A DNA stretch of 64,000 nucleotides from Limnochordales bacterium (lineage in GTDB: Bacteria; Bacillota; Limnochordia; Limnochordales; ZCTH02-B6). The translations under genes and the position numbers were made by a program. Where the stretch lies: assembly GCA_035304545.1 (NCBI GenBank), contig DATGPV010000032.1, positions 10,589 to 74,588 on the forward strand, in the 5' to 3' direction. Shown here in pieces: positions 9,152 through 17,647 of the stretch (its first letter is position 1; the number at the start of each line of letters is the position of its first letter). Under the pieces are notes generated by a model, which was not told where the DNA came from, did no database searches, and saw only the letters and a list, made by a program, of their open reading frames with translations.

Positions 9152-11578
9152 ATGGGGTGGAAAATGCTGCTTGGGGCAGCGTCGCTGCTGGCCCAGGCAG
9201 CATTTCCCTTTTTTGGGGCCTTGGCCGCTCCGGCCACCCCGGCCGGCCTGGCCGCCCCCACCGCGGCAGGCCCGCCCCCACCTGGACCGGCAGCTCTTGC
9301 GCCGGCGGTCCCCCCTGCCCGAGACGCCGCCCCGGCAAGTTTGGCAGGAAAACAAGTCATCGTGCTGGTCATCGACGCCCTGCCCGTGGAGGATTTCACC
9401 GGGCCCGGCTGGCCCCACCTGCGCCGCCTGGCGGCCCGGGGCGGGATGATCGGCCTGATGAACGCCCGCACCGCCGGCCCCACCACACCGGCTGCCGCCC
9501 ACGCTACCCTGGGCGCCGGCGCCCGGGCCCGGGCCGGGGCGGCCAGCGGGCTCGCATTCGATGCGGACGCACAGTTCCAGGGCCGCCCCGCGGCAGAGCT
9601 CTACTCGGCTCTCACCGGCCTGGACGCCGCCGGCGAAGCCGTGCTGTTTTTGGGCTTGGCGGAACTCGCGGCCCAAAACGGCGACTTGCCCGACCGGGTT
9701 GCGCCCGGGGCCTTGGGCCAGGCGGTGCGGGACGCGGGCGGCCGGACGGCCGCCATCGGCAACGCGGACACCCATGAGGCCTTTCGCCGCCACGGCGTGC
9801 TGCTGGCCATGGACCGCCGGGGCACCGTGTCCCTGGGCGCCGTGGGGCGCGAGACGCTCCTTTCGGACCCCCACTGGCCCTTCGGCTGGCGGACCGACTA
9901 CGACCGACTCTGGGATGCCTTTGCCGCCGCCGCCCCTGCAGCCAACTTCATCGTGATCGAGCTGGGGGATCTCGCCCGCCTGGACGCCGCCGCGGAGCTG
10001 ATCCCCCCGGCGCGCCTGGCAACCCTCCGGCAGCAGGCCCGCGAAGGCATGGACGGCTTCATCGGCCGCCTGGCAGCCTGGGCCGAGAACCGGGCCGGAC
10101 CGGCGGGGGACGCCTTCCTGCTGGTAGTGTCCCCTACCCCGCCGGCAACGGCCCTGCGGCACAACTTTCTCCTTACCCCCATCGCCTGGATCCCGCTGGG
10201 CAACGCTGGGGCGGCAGCGGACCAGGCCGCCGGCGCGGCCGGGCCCCTGTTGGCCAGTTCGCCCACGACCCGCCGGGCGGGCATCGTCACCAACACCGAC
10301 GTGGCGCCCACGCTGCTGGCGGCTTTGGGAATCCCGCCACCCTCGGCCATGACGGGGCGCCCCCTCGCGGGCGTCTCCCTGGCGGCGCTGGCACGCGACG
10401 GGCCCCCCACCGCGCCCCGCCCCGCCGACCCGTGGGAAGCCGTGGCCCTCATCTACCAGCGGGCCGTGGCGGTGCACCGCCTGCGCCCGCCGATAGTCCG
10501 GACCTTTATCGGCCTGGCCATCGCGGTGTTCGTCGGCTGGAGCGGCTGGCTGGCCGCGGCCGCGCTGCTGGGGGTGCCAGGGCCCGAAACCCGCCGGACT
10601 TGGTGGCGCTGGGTCCTGCTGGTGCTCCTGGCGGCGCCCTTGAGCCTGCTCCTGCTGCCTTTGCTGCTGCCCCGGGCGGCGCTGGCCCCGCCGCCGACCG
10701 CCATGGCCGGCGCCGGCCTCCTGGCCGCGGTCCTGGCGGCCCTGGCCGCGGCCGCCGGGCGGCGGCAAGAGATCGCTTCCTTTATCTTACTGTCCTTGGC
10801 CACGGTGCTGGCCCTGGTGTGGGACACGGTCCGAGGGGCGCCCCTCATCAAGTCGTCGGTGCTGGGCTACGATCCCATTACCGGCGCCCGCTTCTACGGC
10901 ATCGGCAACGAGTACATGGGCGTTCTCATCGGGACCGCGCTGGTGGGGACCACGGGGCTCCTGGACCTGATGCCGCGCCGGCCGTGGCTGCGCTGGGCGG
11001 TCATTGGCCTTTACGCCCTCGTGGCCGCGGTGCTGGCCGCCCCGTCGCTGGGCGTCAACGTGGGCGGCACCATCGCGGCGGTCAGCGGCTTTGCCGTGGC
11101 CAGCCTGCTCCTCTGGCGGCTGCGGCTCGGATGGCGGCAGGGCCTCCTGGCCGCGGGCCTCGTCCTCGGGGCCGTGGCCGGCGCGGCCGCGGCGGACCTG
11201 GCCCTGCATCCGGACCAGCCTTCCCATTTGGGCCGGGCGGCGGAGCTGCTCCTCGCGGGGGACTGGACCGCGCTGGGCCACATCGCCGCGCGCAAGGTGC
11301 AGCTGAACGTGCGCCTGCTGCGCTGGACCATCTGGGCCCAGGTGCTGGTGGTCAGCCTCGGGATCACCGCGGTGGCCCTGCACCGGCCTGGCGCCCTGAT
11401 CCAGCGCCTGGAGCAGCGCCATCCCTATTTGGTGCGGGGGATCCGGGGGGCGGCGGTGGCCAGCCTGGTGGCCCTGGCGGCCAACGATTCCGGCGTAGTG
11501 GCCGCGGCCACGGCCATGATCCCGGCCACGGCCACCTTGCTTTACCTGGTGCTATTGGACCGCGGGTTTCGCCTTTAA
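9152..11578 (+). CDS. Large membrane protein: signal/anchor + alkaline-phosphatase-superfamily-like ectodomain + C-terminal polytopic (about 9-10 TM) domain; function unknown
   Basis: 808 aa with high GC3. The N-terminal part contains GKQVIVLVIDALPVEDF...TTRRAGIVTNTDVAPTLLAALGIPPPSAMTGRPL, which resembles metal-site and C-terminal motifs of AP/sulfatase-type folds. Residues from about 440 to 808 are hydrophobic helices, including YGIGNEYMGVLIG. The family assignment is tentative. Confidence 0.65.
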   Translation: MGWKMLLGAASLLAQAAFPFFGALAAPATPAGLAAPTAAGPPPPGPAALAPAVPPARDAAPASLAGKQVIVLVIDALPVEDFTGPGWPHLRRLAARGGMIGLMNARTAGPTTPAAAHATLGAGARARAGAASGLAFDADAQFQGRPAAELYSALTGLDAAGEAVLFLGLAELAAQNGDLPDRVAPGALGQAVRDAGGRTAAIGNADTHEAFRRHGVLLAMDRRGTVSLGAVGRETLLSDPHWPFGWRTDYDRLWDAFAAAAPAANFIVIELGDLARLDAAAELIPPARLATLRQQAREGMDGFIGRLAAWAENRAGPAGDAFLLVVSPTPPATALRHNFLLTPIAWIPLGNAGAAADQAAGAAGPLLASSPTTRRAGIVTNTDVAPTLLAALGIPPPSAMTGRPLAGVSLAALARDGPPTAPRPADPWEAVALIYQRAVAVHRLRPPIVRTFIGLAIAVFVGWSGWLAAAALLGVPGPETRRTWWRWVLLVLLAAPLSLLLLPLLLPRAALAPPPTAMAGAGLLAAVLAALAAAAGRRQEIASFILLSLATVLALVWDTVRGAPLIKSSVLGYDPITGARFYGIGNEYMGVLIGTALVGTTGLLDLMPRRPWLRWAVIGLYALVAAVLAAPSLGVNVGGTIAAVSGFAVASLLLWRLRLGWRQGLLAAGLVLGAVAGAAAADLALHPDQPSHLGRAAELLLAGDWTALGHIAARKVQLNVRLLRWTIWAQVLVVSLGITAVALHRPGALIQRLEQRHPYLVRGIRGAAVASLVALAANDSGVVAAATAMIPATATLLYLVLLDRGFRL

Positions 11579-11614
11579 ACCGTTTCTGTTATACTGGGTA
11601 GCATCCCGCACCCG

Positions 11615-12079
11615 ATGGGAGCAGGGGGTTATACATTGACGATTCAGGGACAGACGGCGCTCGGCCCCCGGCTGCGGCCGGGCGACATCGTCTCCCGTTG
11701 CGGGCTGCTGTGCAACACCTGCAGCGCATACATCACCGGGGCGTGTCCGGGGTGCCCGAGCCTGGAAACCGGCGAGTGCATCATCAGGGATTGCGCCGAG
11801 CTCAAGGGGACCAGCTGCCTGGACTGCCAGGCCTCGTCCTGCCACCATTTTGAAGCCTACCCGCTGCGGCGGCGGATGATGGAGGCCAAGGCCAAGCATT
11901 TCCTGCGCCTTTTTGGCGCGGTGCGGCGGGACAGCGGCGGCCTCCGCGGGGGCGGCTGCGGCAGCGCCGGCGGCTGCGGATGCGGCGCGGGCGGCGGGTG
12001 CGGCGGCTGCAGCGCCGCGGGGGGCTGTTCCGCGGCCCGGCTTGCGGGCGCCTTGGCCGCCGCGGCCGGCGCTTCCTAA
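11615..12079 (+). CDS. Cys-rich small protein (DUF3795-like CGLxCxxC...CPGC core) with Gly-Cys repeat tail
   Basis: SRCGLLCNTCSAYITGACPGCPSLETGECIIRDCAELKGTSCLDCQASSCHHF, followed by GGGCGSAGGCGCGAGGGCGGCSAAGGCS. Start is uncertain: ATG 11615, or TTG 11636 after GGAGCAGGGGG. Confidence 0.6.
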   Translation: MGAGGYTLTIQGQTALGPRLRPGDIVSRCGLLCNTCSAYITGACPGCPSLETGECIIRDCAELKGTSCLDCQASSCHHFEAYPLRRRMMEAKAKHFLRLFGAVRRDSGGLRGGGCGSAGGCGCGAGGGCGGCSAAGGCSAARLAGALAAAAGAS

Positions 12080-12114
12080 GCCTCCGGGCCTCCGGTCCTT
12101 AACCCCTCAAGCCC

Positions 12115-12990
12115 TCAAGCCGGCGACGCCCGCGGGTAGTCGGCCCGCGGGTATGAGCCCAGGATGCGCACGTACGCGCAGCGGCGGGCCAGCCCCCGGA
12201 GAGCCGCGGCCACCGCCGGATCGTCTTTGTGCCCTTCCATGTCGGCGAAGAAGATGTAGTCGCCCAGCGCCTGTTTGGCGGGACGCGACTCCAGCTTGGT
12301 GAGGTTGATGCCCCGCTGGGCCAACTCGCCCAGGGCGCCGTACAGGTTGCCAGGGCGGTCCACCGCGAAGGCAAACACGATGGTGGTCTTGTCGCGGCCC
12401 GTGGGGCCGGGCTGCCCGTGGCCCACCACGAAGAAGCGGGTCGCGTTGCCGGGCACATCCTGGATGTCCGAATCCAGCACTGCCAGGCCGTACAGGTCTG
12501 CGCACAGCGCGTTGCCGATGGCCGCCAGGCCCGGGGTGTCCCTTTCCCCCACCAGGCGGGCCGCCTCCGCGGTGCTGAAGGCCGCCTGCACCGCCACCCC
12601 GGGCAGGCGCTCCTGCAGGTAGTGGCGGCACTGGGCCAAGGCCTGCGGGTGGGAAATGACGGTGGTGACCGGGGCGTCCTCATGGCCCCGGCGCACCAGC
12701 AGGTGGTGGCGGATGGGGATCACCACCTCGCCCACGATGTTGAGCCGCACGTCATGGACGAGGGTATCCAAGGTCACGGCCACGGTGCCCTCGATGGAGT
12801 TTTCCGCGGGCACCACCGCCTCCTGCACCTCGCCCCGCTCCGCCGCGGCCAGCAGCTCGGGAATGCCCCGGTAGGCCACCAGCTCCGTCCCCCCCTGGCC
12901 CGCGGGCCGGCGGCCGGCGTGCACCCGGGCGGCCTCTTCGCTGAAAGTGCCCCGGGGGCCCAAAAACCCCAGGCGCGACCGTTCCGCCAT
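12115..12990 (-). CDS. pheA: Prephenate dehydratase
   Basis: MAERSRLGFLGPRGTFSEEAA..., the TRF motif (NATRFFVV) and ACT-domain ESRP (LTKLESRPAK). The ATG at 12990 lies just after the gcvPB stop. Confidence 0.9.
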   Translation of the reverse strand: MAERSRLGFLGPRGTFSEEAARVHAGRRPAGQGGTELVAYRGIPELLAAAERGEVQEAVVPAENSIEGTVAVTLDTLVHDVRLNIVGEVVIPIRHHLLVRRGHEDAPVTTVISHPQALAQCRHYLQERLPGVAVQAAFSTAEAARLVGERDTPGLAAIGNALCADLYGLAVLDSDIQDVPGNATRFFVVGHGQPGPTGRDKTTIVFAFAVDRPGNLYGALGELAQRGINLTKLESRPAKQALGDYIFFADMEGHKDDPAVAAALRGLARRCAYVRILGSYPRADYPRASPA

Positions 12991-12992
12991 CC

Positions 12993-14525
12993 TCAGCCGT
13001 CCCCGCCTCCGGCCGCGCCCCCGGCCCCCGCTGCGGGCCCGGCCACGGCGGCGGGCGCGCACCAGCACAGGTCGGGCTGGCGGGCTGCCCGGGCTTCGTC
13101 CAGGCGCCGCACAGGCATCTCGTGGGGCGCCGTGCGCACCAGCTCGGGGTCTTCTTCGATTTCCTTGACGATGGCTTCCATGATCGCGACGAACTCGTCC
13201 AGCGTCTCCTTGGTCTCGGTTTCCGTCGGCTCGATCATGATGGCCTCGTCGACGATGAGGGGGAAGTAGATCGTGGGCGCGTGCAGCCCGTAGTCCAGCA
13301 GCCGCTTGGCGATGTCCAAGGTCCGCACGCCGTGCCGCTTGTAGCGGCGGCCGGACACCACAAACTCGTGCTTGCAGTGGCGATCATAAGGCAGGTCAAA
13401 GAGGCTCGCCAGGCGCCGCATCAGGTAGTTGGCGTTGAGGACCGCCTGCTCGCTGACGGCCCTCAGCCCGTCGGGGCCGTGCATGCGGATGTAGGTGTAA
13501 GCCCGCACCAGCACCCCGAAGTTGCCCAAAAAGCCCTTGATGCGCCCCACCGACTCGGGCCGGTCGTAGTCCAGGTAATAGCGGTCGCCGTCCCGCTCCA
13601 CCACAGGCACGGGCAGGAAGGGCACCAAGTCGTCCCGCACCGCGATGGGGCCCGCCCCGGGCCCGCCGCCGCCGTGGGGCGTGGAGAAGGTCTTGTGCAG
13701 GTTGAAGTGCACGATGTCAAAGCCCATGTCCCCGGGCCGGCAGATGCCCAGGATGGCGTTGGCGTTGGCCCCGTCGTAGTAAAGCAGTCCGCCGGCCTCG
13801 TGCACGATGCGGGCCATCTCCACGATGTCCTCTTCAAAAAGCCCCAGGGTGTTGGGGTTGGTGAGCATGAGCCCCGCGGTGCGGTCGCTGACCAGAGCCT
13901 TCAGGGCTTCCACATCGACGCCGCCCCGCTCGTTGGTCTGCACCTGCACCACCCGGTAGCCGCACATGGCCGCGCTGGCCGGGTTGGTGCCGTGGGCCGA
14001 GTCGGGCACGATGACCTCGGTGCGGCGATCCCCGTCGCCGTTCTTTTCGTGGTAAGCCCGCATGATCATGAGGCCCAAGAGCTCGCCGTGGGCGCCCGCC
14101 GCCGGCTGCAGCGTGGCGCGGCTCAGGCCCGCGATCTCGCACAGGTAGCGCTCCAGCCGCCAGATGAGCTCCAAGGCGCCCTGGACGGTTTCCTCGGGCT
14201 GGTACGGATGGAGCCGGGCAAACCCGGGCAGGGCGGCGGCCCACTCGTTGACCTTGGGGTTGTACTTCATGGTGCAGGAGCCCAGCGGGTAGAAGCCCAC
14301 GTCCACGCCGTAGTTGCGCCGGGAAAGCCCCACGTAGTGGCGCACCACCTCGGGTTCGCTCACCTCGGGCAGCGCGGGCGGGTCGCTGCGCAGCTGGGCC
14401 GCAGGGATGAGGTTTTCCACGGGCTCCTCGGGCACGTCCAGGGCCGGCAGGCGGTAGCCCCGGCGGCCGGGAGCGCCCCGCTCAAAGATCAGGGGGAAGC
14501 TGCCTTTCAAGAGGTACGCCGTCAT
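12993..14525 (-). CDS. gcvPB: Glycine dehydrogenase (decarboxylating) subunit 2
   Basis: [27 protein letters not shown]...[16 protein letters not shown] (PLP lysine). The ATG at 14525 overlaps the gcvPA stop (ATGA). Confidence 0.95.
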   Translation of the reverse strand: MTAYLLKGSFPLIFERGAPGRRGYRLPALDVPEEPVENLIPAAQLRSDPPALPEVSEPEVVRHYVGLSRRNYGVDVGFYPLGSCTMKYNPKVNEWAAALPGFARLHPYQPEETVQGALELIWRLERYLCEIAGLSRATLQPAAGAHGELLGLMIMRAYHEKNGDGDRRTEVIVPDSAHGTNPASAAMCGYRVVQVQTNERGGVDVEALKALVSDRTAGLMLTNPNTLGLFEEDIVEMARIVHEAGGLLYYDGANANAILGICRPGDMGFDIVHFNLHKTFSTPHGGGGPGAGPIAVRDDLVPFLPVPVVERDGDRYYLDYDRPESVGRIKGFLGNFGVLVRAYTYIRMHGPDGLRAVSEQAVLNANYLMRRLASLFDLPYDRHCKHEFVVSGRRYKRHGVRTLDIAKRLLDYGLHAPTIYFPLIVDEAIMIEPTETETKETLDEFVAIMEAIVKEIEEDPELVRTAPHEMPVRRLDEARAARQPDLCWCAPAAVAGPAAGAGGAAGGGDG

Positions 14526-15865
14526 GTCAACCCCTCCAGGGCCTTCAGGAGGCGGTCCATTTCCTCCCGGGTGCGGCTTTCGGTGACGCACCAGAGTATG
14601 CAGTCGGACAGCTCCGGGTAGAAGCGGCCCAGGGGCAGCCCGCCGATGATCTGGTAGTCCAAGAGGCGCTGGGTCAGCTCCTCGGGGTCCGCGGTGGTGC
14701 GCACCACGAATTCGTGGAAGAAAGGCGACGTCCAGGCCGCCTCAAATCCCGGCAGCGCCGTCATGGCCCGCTGCAGGTAATGGGCCTTCTGCAGGGACTG
14801 CGCGGCCACCTCCCGCACCCCCTCCTTGCCCAGGAGGCTCAGGTAGATGGCCGCCGTCAAGGCATTGAGGGCCTGGTTGGTGCAGATGTTGGACGTGGCC
14901 CGCTCCCGGCGGATGTGCTGCTCCCGGGTCTGCAGGGTCAGCACGTAGCCCCGGGTGCCCTCCCGGTCCACCGTCGCGCCAGCGATGCGCCCGGGAATGC
15001 GCCGCACCAGCTCCGCCCGGGCGGCAAAGAAGCCCAGGTACGGCCCGCCGAAGCTCAAGTTGTTGCCCAGGGGCTGGCCTTCGCCTACAGCCAGATGGGC
15101 CCCGGCCGCGCCCGGGGGCGCGAGGAGCCCCAAAGTCAGCGGATCCGCGATGGCCACGATGAGCAGCGCGCCGGCTTCCCGGGCCAGTTGGCCGATGGCC
15201 GCCACATCCTCCAGGCAGCCAAAGAAGTTGGGCTGCTGGACCACCACCGCCGCGGTCCGCTGGTCCATGCGGGCTTTGAGCTCCGCGAGGGGCGTCACGC
15301 CGTCCCGGTACGGCGCCTCCACCACCTCGAGCCCCTGGTGGCGCAAGTAAGTGTGGGCCACCTGGCGGTACTCGGGGTGCACCGCGGCGGGGATCACCAC
15401 CCGGTCACGGCCCGTGTGGGCGCAGGCCACCAGGGCCCCTTCGGCCATGGCTGTGGCGCCGTCATAGATGGACGCGTTGGCCATGTCCATGCCCGTCAGG
15501 GCGGCGATCATGCTCTGGTACTCGTAGGTGGCCTGCAGCACGCCCTGGGTGATCTCCGGCTGGTAGGGCGTGTAGGACGTGTAGAACTCCGACCGGGAAA
15601 CCAGCTGGCTCACGGCCGCGGGGATGAGGTGATCGTAGGCGCCTGCGCCGAGAAAGCACGCGTAGCGATCCACGTCTGCGTTGCGGCCAGCCAGCGCGCT
15701 CAAGTGGCGCCGCACCTCGGCCTCGGCCATGGCCGGCGGCAAGTCCAGCGGCCGCTGGAGCCGGATGTCCTCCGGGATATCGGCAAAGAGCTCCTCCACG
15801 CTCCTGACGCCGATGGCGGCCAGCATCGCCTCCCGGTCCGCGTCGGTCATGGGCGCAAAAGTCAT
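14522..15865 (-). CDS. gcvPA: Glycine dehydrogenase (decarboxylating) subunit 1
   Basis: 447 aa: [36 protein letters not shown]...FLGAGAYDH...[12 protein letters not shown]. Confidence 0.95.
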   Translation of the reverse strand: MTFAPMTDADREAMLAAIGVRSVEELFADIPEDIRLQRPLDLPPAMAEAEVRRHLSALAGRNADVDRYACFLGAGAYDHLIPAAVSQLVSRSEFYTSYTPYQPEITQGVLQATYEYQSMIAALTGMDMANASIYDGATAMAEGALVACAHTGRDRVVIPAAVHPEYRQVAHTYLRHQGLEVVEAPYRDGVTPLAELKARMDQRTAAVVVQQPNFFGCLEDVAAIGQLAREAGALLIVAIADPLTLGLLAPPGAAGAHLAVGEGQPLGNNLSFGGPYLGFFAARAELVRRIPGRIAGATVDREGTRGYVLTLQTREQHIRRERATSNICTNQALNALTAAIYLSLLGKEGVREVAAQSLQKAHYLQRAMTALPGFEAAWTSPFFHEFVVRTTADPEELTQRLLDYQIIGGLPLGRFYPELSDCILWCVTESRTREEMDRLLKALEGLT

Positions 15866-15878
15866 GCCCCGGGACCTC

Positions 15879-16256
15879 CTATTCCTGGATCAGCTGCCGG
15901 TAGGCGGCGGCGTCCAGCAGATCGTCCAGCTCCGCCGGGTTTTCCATCTCCAGCACCGCGATCCAGCCGGCGCCGTAGGGATCTTCGTTGATGAGCTCGG
16001 GCCGATCGGCCAGCTCGTGGTTGACCTCCACCACCCGGCCGCTGACGGGAGCATAAATGTCGGACACCGCCTTGACCGACTCCACCACGGCAAAGGCTTC
16101 CCCGGCCTGCAGGATGCTGCCCTCCTGGGGCAGGTCCACGAACACCACGTCGCCCAGCTCTGCCTGGGCGTAGTGGGTGATGCCCACCCGCACCCGGCTG
16201 CCTTCCTGCCGCGCCCACTCGTGATCCTTGGTGTACCGCAGATCCTCAGGATACAT
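15879..16256 (-). CDS. gcvH: Glycine cleavage system protein H
   Basis: 125 aa: YTKDHEWAR...GITHYAQAELGDVVFVDLP...ESVKAVSDIYAPVSG (lipoyl-lysine motif). Confidence 0.95.
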   Translation of the reverse strand: MYPEDLRYTKDHEWARQEGSRVRVGITHYAQAELGDVVFVDLPQEGSILQAGEAFAVVESVKAVSDIYAPVSGRVVEVNHELADRPELINEDPYGAGWIAVLEMENPAELDDLLDAAAYRQLIQE

Positions 16257-16351
16257 GGAAGCGCCCCCCTACCTGTTCCTTCAATTGTTGCCGGGCTCGG
16301 TGCGCCGGCCCCAGGGCAGGGCCGCGGCTCCGCCCGCTGCATGCCGCGACG

Positions 16352-17491
16352 CTATTTTCCAGGCCGCACAAACCGGCCTTTCACCACTTCGCAGGGCACG
16401 GCCCGGCCGCGGATCCCCACGGCCAGCTGCTGGCCCGGCGCCGCGTAGGGAGCCTGGACGTAGCCCATGCCGATGGGCTCACCCAGGGTCGGCGAGTGGG
16501 TCCCCGACGTCACGCGGCCGATCTCCTCATCGCCCGCGAGCAGCGGGTAGCCCTGGCGGGGGATGCCCCGGCCCAGCATGCGAAACCCGATGAGGCGGCG
16601 GGCCACGCCCTCCGCCTGCTGCCGCGCCAGCGCCTCCTTGCCCACGAAAGCTTCCTTGTCCATCTTGACGGCAAAGGCCAGGCCTGCCTCCAGGGGCGTG
16701 GTGCTCTCGTCGATATCGTTGCCGTACAGCGGGAAGCGCATCTCCAGGCGCAGCGTGTCCCGGGCTCCCAGGCCCGCGGGCAAAAGGCCCTGGTCTCGGC
16801 CGGCCGCGAGCAGCGCCCGCCACAAGGCCACCGCCGCGTCCGGGGCCACGTACAGCTCAAAGCCGTCCTCGCCCGTGTACCCCGTACGGGAAATGAGGGC
16901 CGGGTGGCCGTTCACGGTGTCTTCCACGAAGCGGAAGGGCCCCACCTCTGCCAGGGGGGCCGAAGTCAGCCGCGCGAGGATTTCCTGGGAGCGGGGGCCC
17001 TGGATGGCCAGCAGGGCCATGGCGTCGGACACGTCCTCCAGCACCACGTCTTCGGGCGCCACCGGCGGCCCGCCGTCTCCGGGCCCGGCCCGCCGCAGGT
17101 CGTCGAGCCACTGGAAATCCTTGGCGGTATTGGCGGCGTTGGTGACCACGAGAAACTCCGTGCTCCTGCGGTACACCACCACGTCGTCCACGATGCCGCC
17201 GTCGGGTTTGCACAGCAGCGCGTAGCGGGCCTGCCCGGGCTCCATGTCGGCGATGCGGTTGGTCAGGGCCCAGTCCAGAAACGCGGCCGCGCCTGCGCCC
17301 GCCACCCGCAGCTCGCCCATGTGGCACAGGTCGAAAAGGCCGGCGGCGCTGCGCACCGCCCGGTGCTCCTCCAAAATCCCGGAGTACTCCACCGGCATAC
17401 GGAAGCCGGCGAAGTCGATCATGCGCGCTCCGCCGGCCACGTGCTCATCGTAGAGCGGGGTGCGCTTCCCCGCCGGCTCCTGCTGGCTCAT
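16352..17491 (-). CDS. gcvT: Glycine cleavage system aminomethyltransferase T
   Basis: C-terminal 379 codons of track ORF 16352..19225: MSQQEPAGKRTPLYDEHVAGGARMIDFAGFRMPVEYSGILEEHRAVRSAAGLFDLCHMGE. ATG at 17491 follows GGAGGAGG. The rest of that ORF is antisense to the aldehyde dehydrogenase gene. Confidence 0.95.
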   Translation of the reverse strand: MSQQEPAGKRTPLYDEHVAGGARMIDFAGFRMPVEYSGILEEHRAVRSAAGLFDLCHMGELRVAGAGAAAFLDWALTNRIADMEPGQARYALLCKPDGGIVDDVVVYRRSTEFLVVTNAANTAKDFQWLDDLRRAGPGDGGPPVAPEDVVLEDVSDAMALLAIQGPRSQEILARLTSAPLAEVGPFRFVEDTVNGHPALISRTGYTGEDGFELYVAPDAAVALWRALLAAGRDQGLLPAGLGARDTLRLEMRFPLYGNDIDESTTPLEAGLAFAVKMDKEAFVGKEALARQQAEGVARRLIGFRMLGRGIPRQGYPLLAGDEEIGRVTSGTHSPTLGEPIGMGYVQAPYAAPGQQLAVGIRGRAVPCEVVKGRFVRPGK

Positions 17492-17640
17492 GGGCAGCCT
17501 CCTCCCCTGCTGTATTTTGGCGGTACCAACAGGGATTCCTTCGTGGCCCCGGACCGCCGGGCAAGGAAAAGCTCTGCCTTTTCCGAAGTTTATCCCCACG
17601 GCGGCGGCCGCCGCCGGGAACATCTCGTCCAGGAGGCGAT
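17492..17640 (-). ncRNA. gcvT leader; weak candidate for a divergent (tandem) glycine riboswitch
   Basis: The minus-strand leader reads CUCCUGGACGAG...CGCCGUGGGGAUAA...ACUUCGGAAAAGGCAGAG, then ...GCCACGAAGGAAUCCC...CGCCAAAAUACAGCAGG. This only loosely resembles the glycine aptamer blocks CUCUGGAGAG / CGCCGAAGGAGCAA / CUCAGGCAAAAGGACAGAG. Context supports it (Firmicute gcvT operons usually carry this riboswitch), but the match is poor. Confidence 0.25.
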
Positions 17641-17647
17641 GGGATCG

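Noticed and set aside
11589-11602. Shared 11-mer ATACTGGGTAG at 11592 and 19247, which looked like a conserved promoter/discriminator motif.
   Set aside because: A single repeated 11-mer is expected many times by chance among all pairs in 64 kb. The flanking sequences are unrelated.
11947-12036. Repetitive ggcggctgc tracts that might be taken for a repeat array or CRISPR-like structure.
   Set aside because: The units are 9 nt or less, contiguous and in frame within a coding region (the Gly-Gly-Cys tail). There are no spacers and no cas genes.
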